Source of the DNA: Candidatus Poribacteria bacterium | Lineage (GTDB): Bacteria > Poribacteria > WGA-4E > PCPOR2b | DNA length: 64,000 bases | Reading direction: 5' to 3' | Assembly (NCBI GenBank): GCA_965208325.1 | Contig: OZ242326.1 | Span: forward strand, 4,352,001-4,416,000 | In this document: positions 1 through 9,443 of the stretch, piece by piece | Position numbering within the stretch: position 1 is the first letter of the stretch | Layout of the letters: every line of letters begins with the position of its first letter | Translations under genes and position numbers: made by a program | The notes under the pieces: model-generated | Told to the model about the DNA's origin: nothing | Database searches by the model: none | The model's input: only the letters and a program-made list of their open reading frames with translations

Positions 1-191
1 TTATTATCAATACTCCTACAGGTTACGACCATCATCCCGCGGAACAGTTGATAAGAAAGATAACAATTGATTATGGCATTCCACTGTTTTCCACTATCCC
101 CGGTGCATCCGCTGCCATCAACGGTATTGAGGCGCTTCGCCGTGAAAAGTTAACTGTTGCGCCGCTTCAGGATTATTACACAAAATTGTAA
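1..191 (+). CDS. carB: Carbamoyl-phosphate synthase large subunit, C-terminal MGS-domain fragment (5' truncated by window)
   Basis: Manual translation from nt 3: IINTPTGYDHHPAEQLIRKITIDYGIPLFSTIPGASAAINGIEALRREKLTVAPLQDYYTKL*, matching the CarB MGS tail pattern (INTP...IR...P..T..GA.A...I...V.xLQ.Y). Confidence 0.8.
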   Translation, partial: IINTPTGYDHHPAEQLIRKITIDYGIPLFSTIPGASAAINGIEALRREKLTVAPLQDYYTKL

Positions 192-275
192 ATTAGTAAG
201 CGCGTCCGTACTAGGACAGCTCAGTATGCAACGTGTTAATGGTAGTCAAACCAGCTATAAAGAAATGAGGAACAG

Positions 276-1721
276 ATGAGAGATTTGAAAATGGAATCTT
301 ATTCTAACGACTGGAGGCAGCGGGAAGAAGCCGCCGAGTCGATGATCCCACTGATTGGAGAACTTTACCGCAATCATGGCGTGGTTACTACCGTTTACGG
401 CCATTCTCTAGTTCATGGCTCGACCATTGATATTCTAAAGGCTCACCGTTTTTCTCGGCAGATTGTCCAAGACGAACTTTCTGCTTTCACAAGCTTACCT
501 ATTCTTCAAGCGATGAGCCAGTTGAACCTTTCACCAGCTCGTATTGACATTGGCAAGTTGACTACAATGTATCTGCGCAACGAGACAGGCGCGTCCCTAG
601 ACACCTTTGTTAGAACCGAACTGGCTGATATCAACAACGGTGAAAAGACGACCTTGGCTGCACCGCAAGATGTCGTCCTTTATGGATTTGGACGGATCGG
701 ACGAACTCTCGCTCGGATTCTCATTCAAAGAAGCGGCGGCGGCGGCAGGTTGAGATTGCGGGCAGTCGTTGTACGCAACGAAATCAGAGGCGACCTGCCG
801 AAGCGGGCAAGCCTCCTACGCCGTGATTCCGTCCATGGTTCGTTCAAAGGCACCATTATAGTCAACGAGTCAGAAAACGCCTTCATTGCTAATGGTAACA
901 TGATTCGTCTCCTATACGCAGATAGCCCTGAACAGGCTGACTACAGCCGATATGGCATTCAAAATGCGATTGTCCTTGACAACACCGGTGTTTGGCGGGA
1001 TCGGCGCGGACTTGAACGGCATCTCAAAGCCGAAGGCGCCGCAAAAATTATCCTCACTGCGCCGGGCAAAGAAGAAGTTCCAAATGTTGTTTATGGCGTA
1101 AATAACCATGCCATCATGGATGGCGAGAAGATTGTCTCCGCTGCTAGCTGCACTACCAACGCTATTGTTCCGGTTCTTAAGGTGATGCACGACCGATTCC
1201 AAATTGAAGAAGGTCACATTGAAACTTGCCACGCTTACACCAATGACCAAAACCTGATTGACAATTACCACAAAAAGAGTCGAAGAGGGCGTGGCGCGCC
1301 GCTGAACATGGTAATTACAGAAACAGGCGCTGCTGAAGCGGTAGGCAAAGTATTGCCGGAATTGTCCGGCAGGCTAACGGCTAATGCGATTCGGGTTCCA
1401 ACCCCGAATGTATCACTCGCTATCCTGCATTTAACGCTAAACGAGGTGAGTACGGTAAGGGAAGTAAACAACTATCTGCGCGCCATTTCGCTCGACTCGC
1501 CGTTGCAAGGACAGATTGATTTCACCAGTTCGCCGGATGCGGTTTCGAGCGACTTTATCGGCACTTTGAAGACGGGAATAGTTGACTCGCTAGCAACCAT
1601 TGTGTCTGGCAATCGGTGCGTGCTATACGTCTGGTATGACAACGAATTTGGTTACAGCCACCAAGTGATTCGCATTCTCCAGTACATTGCAGGTTTGGAA
1701 CTTCCCGCTTTTCCGCGGTAA
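276..1721 (+). CDS. gap: Glyceraldehyde-3-phosphate dehydrogenase, long (~480 aa) type with N-terminal extension
   Basis: GFGRIGR Rossmann motif, ASCTTN catalytic motif, RVPTPNVS, WYDNEFGYS. Confidence 0.95.
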   Translation: MRDLKMESYSNDWRQREEAAESMIPLIGELYRNHGVVTTVYGHSLVHGSTIDILKAHRFSRQIVQDELSAFTSLPILQAMSQLNLSPARIDIGKLTTMYLRNETGASLDTFVRTELADINNGEKTTLAAPQDVVLYGFGRIGRTLARILIQRSGGGGRLRLRAVVVRNEIRGDLPKRASLLRRDSVHGSFKGTIIVNESENAFIANGNMIRLLYADSPEQADYSRYGIQNAIVLDNTGVWRDRRGLERHLKAEGAAKIILTAPGKEEVPNVVYGVNNHAIMDGEKIVSAASCTTNAIVPVLKVMHDRFQIEEGHIETCHAYTNDQNLIDNYHKKSRRGRGAPLNMVITETGAAEAVGKVLPELSGRLTANAIRVPTPNVSLAILHLTLNEVSTVREVNNYLRAISLDSPLQGQIDFTSSPDAVSSDFIGTLKTGIVDSLATIVSGNRCVLYVWYDNEFGYSHQVIRILQYIAGLELPAFPR

Positions 1722-1889
1722 CCCTTTCAACCTCGAAGATTTAGCATCCTATTGATTTTCGCCGCGCTAGCTGATTTCGAAAATCGGCGTGAAATCAGTT
1801 GCCGTAAATATCACACACGTTTACAGGATAAAATATCCTCACTACTAATCTTCCTACATCCAGCATAGTTGACATGTCTCCCATGCATA

Positions 1890-3233
1890 ATGAAAAGAGT
1901 TGCTTCTGTTCGCCAACTTGCGTTGGACTGTCTAATCCGATTGGAAGAAGACAGTGCACCTATTGCTCGGTTAATTAATTGTACAATTCTTCAAAGCCGT
2001 TTGGATGCTTTAGATTGCGGTCTGCTAAATGAGCTTGTTTATGGTGTGGTTCGGTGGAGGAAGAAACTTGACTGGATTCTCCGCCAATTTGTAGATTCCC
2101 GGTTTCAATTGGATTTGAAAAGCCGCAACATCTTGAGACTAGGGGCATATCAGTTGCTCCACTTGGATAGGGTTCCACCGCATGCGGCTATATATGAAAC
2201 AGTCGAACTAGCGAAGCCTAAACGGAAACATGCGCAATTCATCAACGCGGTACTGCGTTCGGTGCAGCGAAATGCAAATCGCCTTGAGTTTTCCTCACTA
2301 CAAGCCGATCCGCTTCAGCATATCTCAATTTCTCTTTCCTATCCACAGTGGTTGGTGAAACGGTGGCTAATTCACTACGATTCCGAGTGGACACTGGCGT
2401 TCTGCCGCGCAAGTAATCAGATTGCACCGCTATCTATCCGGCTTAATTCCTTGAAAACTAACCGCGAAGAATTAATCGAATCGCTCACAGCGGATAGCGT
2501 TACGGTAAAGGAAAGCCAGATTTCGCCCGACGGTTTGATTTTGGCGGATTCACCTTCGTTACAGTCGTTGCAAGCTTACCGCAATGGCTGGTTCTACGTA
2601 CAAGATGAAAGTGCGATGTTAGTGGCGCACCTGCTAAATCCTCAACCGGAGAAAAAGGTTGTGGATCTATGTGCCGCACCCGGCGGGAAGACCAGCCACA
2701 TCGCGCAGCTCATGGGAAACACGGGGCAGATTGTTGCTGTAGATGTTTCGCAGGACAGGGTTAGAAGAATTGAGGAGAACTGCCAGCGACTCGGTATAAC
2801 AAATATTCTGCCACATGTTGCAAATTCCGCTAACGACTCGCTCGAATTCGTCAAGTATGCGGATTTCGTCCTAATCGATGCGCCCTGTTCAGGATTCGGA
2901 ACCCTTCGCCGCCATCCGGACATACGGTGGAATAAATCCCCCGAACAGATTAACGAGCTTGCTCAACTACAGCTTAACCTTCTGCAAAACGCGGTGCGCC
3001 ATGTTAAGCCAGGCGGCGTACTAGTTTATAGTACATGCAGCACAGAACCGGAAGAAAACGAGATGGTCGTGCGCCGTTTCCTCAAAAACCGTCCGAATAT
3101 TGTCATCGAAAACGCAGGAGAATTTCTACCGGCTATGCCTCCACACGCTATCACTTCGGAAGGTTTTCTACAAACCTTTCCGCATGAACACGGCACTGAC
3201 GGCGCTTTTGCCGTGCGTCTGAGAGTAAGTTAG
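1890..3233 (+). CDS. rsmB: 16S rRNA m5C967 methyltransferase RsmB/Sun (NusB-like N-terminal domain)
   Basis: VQDES, DLCAAPGGKT, DAPCSGFG.LRRHPD, YSTCS...EENE motifs; ATG at 1890 preferred over TTG at 1869. Confidence 0.93.
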   Translation: MKRVASVRQLALDCLIRLEEDSAPIARLINCTILQSRLDALDCGLLNELVYGVVRWRKKLDWILRQFVDSRFQLDLKSRNILRLGAYQLLHLDRVPPHAAIYETVELAKPKRKHAQFINAVLRSVQRNANRLEFSSLQADPLQHISISLSYPQWLVKRWLIHYDSEWTLAFCRASNQIAPLSIRLNSLKTNREELIESLTADSVTVKESQISPDGLILADSPSLQSLQAYRNGWFYVQDESAMLVAHLLNPQPEKKVVDLCAAPGGKTSHIAQLMGNTGQIVAVDVSQDRVRRIEENCQRLGITNILPHVANSANDSLEFVKYADFVLIDAPCSGFGTLRRHPDIRWNKSPEQINELAQLQLNLLQNAVRHVKPGGVLVYSTCSTEPEENEMVVRRFLKNRPNIVIENAGEFLPAMPPHAITSEGFLQTFPHEHGTDGAFAVRLRVS

Positions 3234-3293
3234 AATTAAAAGTCAACAGAAGAAAACTGCGGTTAATCGAACGCGATTCACTTTGATTTTACA

Positions 3294-4835
3294 ATGACAC
3301 ACCCGCTTCTCGAAATGCAATCCATAACAAAAGACTTTCCGGGCGTCCGCGCGCTCAATGATGTTTCATTCGATGTGCAGCATGGCGAGATTCACGCGTT
3401 GTGCGGTGAGAACGGCGCGGGTAAGTCTACACTCATTAAGGTGCTTGGCGGCGTGTACCCTCATGGCGCTTATGAGGGTACGTTATGCATCAACGGTCGC
3501 GTTTATGATTTTAGTACTGTCGGCGACTCTGAAAATGAGGGAGTAGCGATAATCTATCAGGAGCCCGCATTGGTGCCAGATATGACGGTCGGCGAAAATA
3601 TTTTTTTGGGCCGCGAGCCTGGACGGTTCGGTTTCATTGATTGGAATCAGTTGTATCACCGAGCGGCGCGTCTGCTGTCAGACTTTGGCCTCCCTCTAGA
3701 ACCTCAAACCGCCGTGAATCAGTTGGGAATCGGAGGGCAGCAGATGGTGGAAATCGCCAAAGCCCTGTCGCGAGACGCTCGCTTGCTCGTACTTGATGAA
3801 CCGACCGCAGCGCTAACTGAAAGTGAAATAGAAAAGTTGATGCACATTCTCCGCCGTTTGCGGGAACAAGGAGTCTCTTGTATTTACATCACGCACAAGC
3901 TCAAGGAAATCTTCGAGATTGCGAATCGTGTAACTGTCCTGCGTGACGGAAAGACAGTGGGTACCTACACGGTAAATGAGTGCAGTGAAAGTGAATTGAT
4001 TGCCCGGATGGTTGGACGCGAATTGACGGATTTTTACCCGAAAAGTGAAAGGAAATTTGGAGAACTCGCGTTGCAAGTGCGAAATCTGAATTCATATCAT
4101 CCAGAAAGACCTGACCGGCAGTTCCTGAGAGATATATCCTTTTCTGTACGGCAGGGGGAAATTTTAGGTATCGCCGGGCTGATGGGATCGGGGCGGACAG
4201 AATTAATCAATGCCGTTTTTGGTGCATATCCGGGCAAGTGCACGGGAGAAATCGTTGTAGATGGTGTTCAAGTTTCGATTGAATCTCCCAGCGACGCGAT
4301 TCGGCACGGAATTGGGCTTGTCAGCGAGGATCGCAAGCGATTCGGGCTAATCCTTGACGCTGTTGTGCAGTCGAACATGACGTTAGCCAGCCTTGATGCT
4401 AGGTGCACCGAACGAGGGACTAAGATTGCACCACATGGGATTATCAATTGGAACGAAGAGTTTCGTCAGAGCCGTAATTATGTCGATTCTCTGCAAATTA
4501 AAGCGCCGTCGCTCGATTCCCAAGTTAACCACCTTAGCGGCGGCAACCAACAGAAGGTAGTATTGGGCAAATGCTTGATGACGCTGCCGAGGATTCTTCT
4601 CCTTGACGAGCCTACCCGCGGCATTGATGTGGCTGCGAAAGCGGAGATTCACCGGTTGATTGCTGAACTTGCCCGCCAAGATGTTGCGATCGTGATGGTT
4701 TCGTCTGAGTTCCCCGAAATCTTGAACATGAGCGATCGAATCCTAATTCTGCATGAGGGTGAAATTTCGGGGGAATTTGATAATGACGATGCGACTCAAG
4801 CCGAGATTTTGCGTTGCGCCGCTGGTGGAACGTAA
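3294..4835 (+). CDS. Monosaccharide ABC transporter ATP-binding protein (XylG/RbsA-like, two ABC domains)
   Basis: GENGAGKSTLIK Walker A, LDEPTAAL, LSGGNQQKV, LDEPTRGID. Confidence 0.92.
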   Translation: MTHPLLEMQSITKDFPGVRALNDVSFDVQHGEIHALCGENGAGKSTLIKVLGGVYPHGAYEGTLCINGRVYDFSTVGDSENEGVAIIYQEPALVPDMTVGENIFLGREPGRFGFIDWNQLYHRAARLLSDFGLPLEPQTAVNQLGIGGQQMVEIAKALSRDARLLVLDEPTAALTESEIEKLMHILRRLREQGVSCIYITHKLKEIFEIANRVTVLRDGKTVGTYTVNECSESELIARMVGRELTDFYPKSERKFGELALQVRNLNSYHPERPDRQFLRDISFSVRQGEILGIAGLMGSGRTELINAVFGAYPGKCTGEIVVDGVQVSIESPSDAIRHGIGLVSEDRKRFGLILDAVVQSNMTLASLDARCTERGTKIAPHGIINWNEEFRQSRNYVDSLQIKAPSLDSQVNHLSGGNQQKVVLGKCLMTLPRILLLDEPTRGIDVAAKAEIHRLIAELARQDVAIVMVSSEFPEILNMSDRILILHEGEISGEFDNDDATQAEILRCAAGGT

Positions 4836-4882
4836 AATCAAAAAACTCACATGACGTAAATTAAACGTAAGGGAAATATGCT

Positions 4883-5851
4883 ATGGAAAACGCAAAGATA
4901 GTGTGTACAGGCCCCATTGATGATATCGCAGTTGAAATATTGCGTCCATACGGCGAAATCGTGATTGCTCCGGTTTTCGAGGAGGAAGCGTTGCTTTCGC
5001 TTGTTGGCAGCGCCATCGGCCTGGTAGTACGGGGAGCGGAAGGAAGCGTGAACGCGTGTGTGATAAATGCCGCAACAGACCTAAGGGTAATCGGCCGCTC
5101 CGGCGTAGGATATGACAACGTCGACATTAGTGCTGCCACAGCACGAAATATTCCGGTGGTTTACACGCCCGGAGTTAACGCCCGTGCGATAGCAGAGGCA
5201 GCTATGGCACTTATTTTTACCTTGTGTAAGAAGGTCGTCTTTTGGGACGCTCAGCTAAAACTGGGCAACTGGAGCAGCCGTTTTCGAAACCAGCCAGGGG
5301 ATTTGGACGGCGCCACGTTGGGTATCATCGGTTTCGGACGAATCGGACAGATGCTTGCACAGTTAATCCGCCCATTTAATGTAACAATTCTAGCCTATGA
5401 CCCCTACGTGTCACACGAACAGGCGAACGAGCTAGAAACAGAACTGGTCAATCTTGAATCATTATTACAGCGCTCAGATTTCATCTCTATCCACGCGGCC
5501 TTGACACCTGAAACGCAGGGGCTAATCAACCGCGACCGTTTGCAACATTTAAAGCAGGGCGCTTACATCGTTAATTTGGCGCGGGGCGGACTAATTGAAA
5601 GTCTTGACGTATTATATGAATCGTTGAAATCAGGCAGATTAGGAGGCGTTGGACTGGATGTTTTCCAACCTGAACCGCCGGACGTCAGCCATCCTATTTT
5701 TCAATTGCCCCAGTGCATTACGTCACCTCACGCTCTAGGATTGACGCCGCAAGCCATGACGAAAATATTCGAGAGCATGGCTACAGACATGGCAGCAATA
5801 TTAGATGGAAAGCCGCCGCGGCACGTTGTAAACCCAGAAGTTTTAAGATAG
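4883..5851 (+). CDS. D-isomer-specific 2-hydroxyacid dehydrogenase (SerA-like catalytic + NAD-binding domains)
   Basis: GVGYDNVD, GIIGFGRIG, N.ARG, LDVF..EP, SPH motifs. Confidence 0.9.
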   Translation: MENAKIVCTGPIDDIAVEILRPYGEIVIAPVFEEEALLSLVGSAIGLVVRGAEGSVNACVINAATDLRVIGRSGVGYDNVDISAATARNIPVVYTPGVNARAIAEAAMALIFTLCKKVVFWDAQLKLGNWSSRFRNQPGDLDGATLGIIGFGRIGQMLAQLIRPFNVTILAYDPYVSHEQANELETELVNLESLLQRSDFISIHAALTPETQGLINRDRLQHLKQGAYIVNLARGGLIESLDVLYESLKSGRLGGVGLDVFQPEPPDVSHPIFQLPQCITSPHALGLTPQAMTKIFESMATDMAAILDGKPPRHVVNPEVLR

Positions 5852-5917
5852 GATGGCCCCGTTGATTCCGTATTTTTGTTGCCTGCTCGCATTGATGGCT
5901 TAAATTAAGATGACAAC

Positions 5918-7846
5918 ATGAATAACACTCATGAGTTTGAGACGAAAAGCGCCAGCGGCCTTACATTCCGTGTAATATTCATCGGGCTGATACTCGTTAT
6001 CATCAACTCCTACTGGATCAATCTCTTCATCCCCTTCTACGGCGGCATCCTCCACAGTTACATGTCGCTCTTCTCCAACACCGTCTTTACCCTGCTAGTT
6101 ATTCTTCTGCTTAACCCACTCTTGGCACGTATGCACCCTCACTTCGCTCTGCATGGCTCCGAGGCGCTAGCGATTTACATTATGCTAATTATGGTCTCCA
6201 CTGTAGGCGGGGCGCCGCACCTGAGCTATCTGGCTTATATGCTGCCTCATCCGTTTTGGTTTGCCTCCTCAGAAAATGACTGGTCAAACTTATTCCTTGG
6301 GCACGTTCCCGACTGGATGACGGTAAAAAATCCGCAGGTGTTGCGCGGGTTTTATGAGGGCGATTCGTCGTTTTGGATGTCACAAGTCTTTAACAGTTGG
6401 ATAGTCCCGCTGCTGACATGGTCTGTTTTTATGCTGGTTCTATTTTTTGTATTGATGTGTATGAACACCATACTGAGAAAACAGTTCACGGACTATGAAC
6501 GACTGACATATCCAATTACGTGGCTGCCGCTGGAAATGGGCAAAAACCCATCTCGCTTTTTTGCGAACAAGTTGATGTGGATAGGGTTCGGTATCGCTGC
6601 AGGCGGCGGGTTGCTCAACGGTCTTAGCCATCTATATCCGGCGCTTCCCTCGCTGCCCATCCGAGCGCTAGACAACCGAATCACACACCTTTTCCTCGAA
6701 CGCCCATGGAATGCGGTCGGAACAATGCTGATTGCACTTCACCCGTTTGCTATCGGCCTCTCCTTCTTTATGCCCTTGGACTTGGCGTTTTCGTCGCTTT
6801 TTTTCTTTTTCTTTGGAAAAGCGGTCCTAGTGCTCAGAAGCGCTTTGGGGTTGCAAATGGATCTTTATCTCGACGAACAGTCGGAAGGGGCGTGGATCGG
6901 GTTAGGCCTTCTCGCCTTGTGGGTGGGGCGAAGACACTTGAAACAGGCGTTCGCCGCAGCCGGTAGAGGGAAAGGGCATCTAGACGACTCGAAGGAACCC
7001 ATGGCATATAAATGGGCGATATGGGGAATCATCGGGGGTATGATTTTCCTGATAATTTTCGCGATAAAAGCGGGGTTTTCGCTATGGGTTTTTCTTCTGT
7101 TCATCGGAATCTACTTCTTGATGGCAATCAGCCTGACAAAGGTCAGAGCCGGCCTTGGCCCGCCGATGCACGAGGTCATTTTCAAGGATCCGGCAACAAC
7201 GATGGTTTCTGCGCTGGGGACTCGTACAATCGGCGCTAAGAATCTAACGCTTATGTCGTTCCTATACTGGCTAAACCGAGTCAATACGTCGCACCCGATG
7301 CCTAACCAGCTTGAGGCGTTCCGAATAAGCGAACAAGCACAGTTAAACAGTCGAAAACTCACCGTTGTCATGCTCGCTGCACTCGCGGTGAGCATCGTTA
7401 CTACGTGGACGGTCTATTTTTCCCACGCGTATGAGCGCGGCGCCGGTCTGGCTGGTGGGGGAATTGCTTGGGAATGTTTCAATCGCCTGCAGCGCTGGCT
7501 AAATTCGCCGACAGAATATAACTATCCCGCAATAATCGCCATGGGCACCGGCTTCGGCGTCACCCTTATTCTATCAGCGTTGAAACTGCGTTTTCTATGG
7601 TGGCCCTTCCACCCGATTGGGTATGTAATTGGAACAGGCAGGTGGGGGGACCTCTCCTTCATCTGGTTTCCCATGCTTCTCTGTTGGGCGCTCAAGCTGG
7701 GCATTCTACGCTATGGCGGGCTGCAAGCCTACCGCCGGGCGATTCCGTTTTTTGCGGGTTTAATTCTCGGAGATTATTCCATGGCGTGCCTATGGGGCAT
7801 CATCGGGTGGGTTTTAAAGCGGCAGATGTATCAAATTTGGGTTTAG
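5918..7846 (+). CDS. Polytopic membrane protein, probably DUF6785/DUF6784-type
   Basis: 642 aa with many hydrophobic segments; motifs ERLTYPI, WWPFHPIGY, RYGG...YRR..PFF.GL.LG recalled for that family. Confidence 0.7.
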   Translation: MNNTHEFETKSASGLTFRVIFIGLILVIINSYWINLFIPFYGGILHSYMSLFSNTVFTLLVILLLNPLLARMHPHFALHGSEALAIYIMLIMVSTVGGAPHLSYLAYMLPHPFWFASSENDWSNLFLGHVPDWMTVKNPQVLRGFYEGDSSFWMSQVFNSWIVPLLTWSVFMLVLFFVLMCMNTILRKQFTDYERLTYPITWLPLEMGKNPSRFFANKLMWIGFGIAAGGGLLNGLSHLYPALPSLPIRALDNRITHLFLERPWNAVGTMLIALHPFAIGLSFFMPLDLAFSSLFFFFFGKAVLVLRSALGLQMDLYLDEQSEGAWIGLGLLALWVGRRHLKQAFAAAGRGKGHLDDSKEPMAYKWAIWGIIGGMIFLIIFAIKAGFSLWVFLLFIGIYFLMAISLTKVRAGLGPPMHEVIFKDPATTMVSALGTRTIGAKNLTLMSFLYWLNRVNTSHPMPNQLEAFRISEQAQLNSRKLTVVMLAALAVSIVTTWTVYFSHAYERGAGLAGGGIAWECFNRLQRWLNSPTEYNYPAIIAMGTGFGVTLILSALKLRFLWWPFHPIGYVIGTGRWGDLSFIWFPMLLCWALKLGILRYGGLQAYRRAIPFFAGLILGDYSMACLWGIIGWVLKRQMYQIWV

Positions 7847-7899
7847 CGGGCCGTTCTTTGCAAAAACGGCATGATATGAAATGGACATCATTCCTAGTG

Positions 7900-8270
7900 C
7901 ACGCGGGGCAAGATGCCCCGCCTACGGAGGGTGGCGGTGTACGCGTGTCAAGATTCCCCGGCTACGTGGGAGGAAGAATCGGGTGGCGGCGGCGCGTTTA
8001 CGGTGATTGGGTAGTGGGATTTCGCGGAAGATTACGGCACACGGAGTGTGCCTACTACTTTGTGCGGGGCAAGGTGCCCCGCCTACGGAGGGTGGCGGCG
8101 TGCGCGGGGCAGGATTCTCCGGCTACAGGGGGAAGATGCGGTGCGACGAGGCGCGGTTACGGTGAGTGGGTAGTGGGATTTCGCGGAAGATTACGGCACA
8201 CGGAGTGTGCCTACTACTTTGTGCGGGGCAAGATGCCCCGCCTACAAGGGTTGGCGGCGTATGCGGGGCT
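7900..8270. repeat. BIME-like cluster of two REP-type palindromes (GCGGGGCAAGATGCCCCGCCTAC and GGCACACGGAGTGTGCCTACTAC) with a ~159-nt internal direct duplication
   Basis: Hairpins ending in CTAC (GTAG foot on the - strand); ~7999-8086 is repeated at ~8158-8245; lies between convergent genes. Confidence 0.8.
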
Positions 8271-8411
8271 ATCGGGTAGGACATGTCTTATTTGGCGACA
8301 TTCCGAATTGACTCGATGTGGTGGACAGTATCCAAGTGCCAGCAGTGTTTGTAATCATTATGGGAAGATGTCTAATCTTCCCCGTTAATTCAAACTCAAT
8401 ATTGGACGGTA

Positions 8412-9347
8412 TTACTCCTCGCCGGAGGCTGCTTCCTTCCCGGATTCTGATTCCACGAGCGTCGATTTCAAAGAGAGACTGTAATCAAGCAGCATCCTTG
8501 CGTACGGGATATTGTGGAGGCCATAACCGCTGTCGCCTTTAACCATGTCATAGTTCCACTTTGCCGCTTTGTACGTTTCGCTGTTTGGATCGGCCGCACC
8601 GTCCAGCATAGCCTTTACCGCGTCCATTTTGCCGCCAATCTCCTCACGATACCTTTTTAGCCTAGCTTCCATATCATCGTGGCAATCCCCGCAAATCGAA
8701 AAGTCTGCTATAAAGGTATGCCCGCCGCGCTGCGCAATCTCATCTTTTGATTCCTTTTTCGCCATGTGGCAGTGTACGCATCGCTTCTTCATCACTCTAA
8801 CGTGCGGTGAAGGTTTCCGCCTGACGCCCTTCCCGTCGCGGCCTAAGAACATCTCTGTTTGAGATTTGTGGATGATCCCATCTCCGGCGCAGCCGCAATC
8901 CATTTTGTGGCAGGAAACACAGAGTTTCCGAGTCGACTTTACCAACAGATTTTCGCGGGTACTACTATGCAAATGGCACGACGAACAACTGACGGCATTC
9001 ACAGCAGTCTCCAGATTGTAGGGATGGCCTTTCGATCTGCCGATTCTGGAATGTATCTCATAGCCGGCGGAATGACAGCTAAGACAAGAGACGCGTACGG
9101 GATGGTCGCCGTGGTCAAGGTTGATTAACGCCTTCGCGTGTCCAGCCATCTTCCATTCAGCGTAAGCAGCTTCGCTTCCATGGCATGTGTAGCACTTTTC
9201 ACGGAAAGGAGAATCTTCATGCGTATCAACGCCTCCGTGCGTTGACTCTGAATGCACGGCTTCGCCCGCTTGAAGACTGTTAAATGAGATGAATCCGACA
9301 GAAAGCATGGCTGCTGTCAGCAAAAGAAATAATAGCGATTGTTTCAT
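8412..9347 (-). CDS. Exported multiheme cytochrome c (6 CxxCH)
   Basis: Signal peptide; CYTCH, CLSCH, CSSCH, CVSCH, CVHCH, CGDCH; C-terminal helical region ending GLHNIPYA..LL. Confidence 0.9.
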   Translation of the reverse strand: MKQSLLFLLLTAAMLSVGFISFNSLQAGEAVHSESTHGGVDTHEDSPFREKCYTCHGSEAAYAEWKMAGHAKALINLDHGDHPVRVSCLSCHSAGYEIHSRIGRSKGHPYNLETAVNAVSCSSCHLHSSTRENLLVKSTRKLCVSCHKMDCGCAGDGIIHKSQTEMFLGRDGKGVRRKPSPHVRVMKKRCVHCHMAKKESKDEIAQRGGHTFIADFSICGDCHDDMEARLKRYREEIGGKMDAVKAMLDGAADPNSETYKAAKWNYDMVKGDSGYGLHNIPYARMLLDYSLSLKSTLVESESGKEAASGEE

Positions 9348-9443
9348 CTGTTAGAGTATTTCTCCCCTCCTTGCTTCAATGCAATATCGCCGCAGTGGAG
9401 GCGGGCGCGGCGAAACTCGGATTCACTCCGCAATTGTGCGGTG

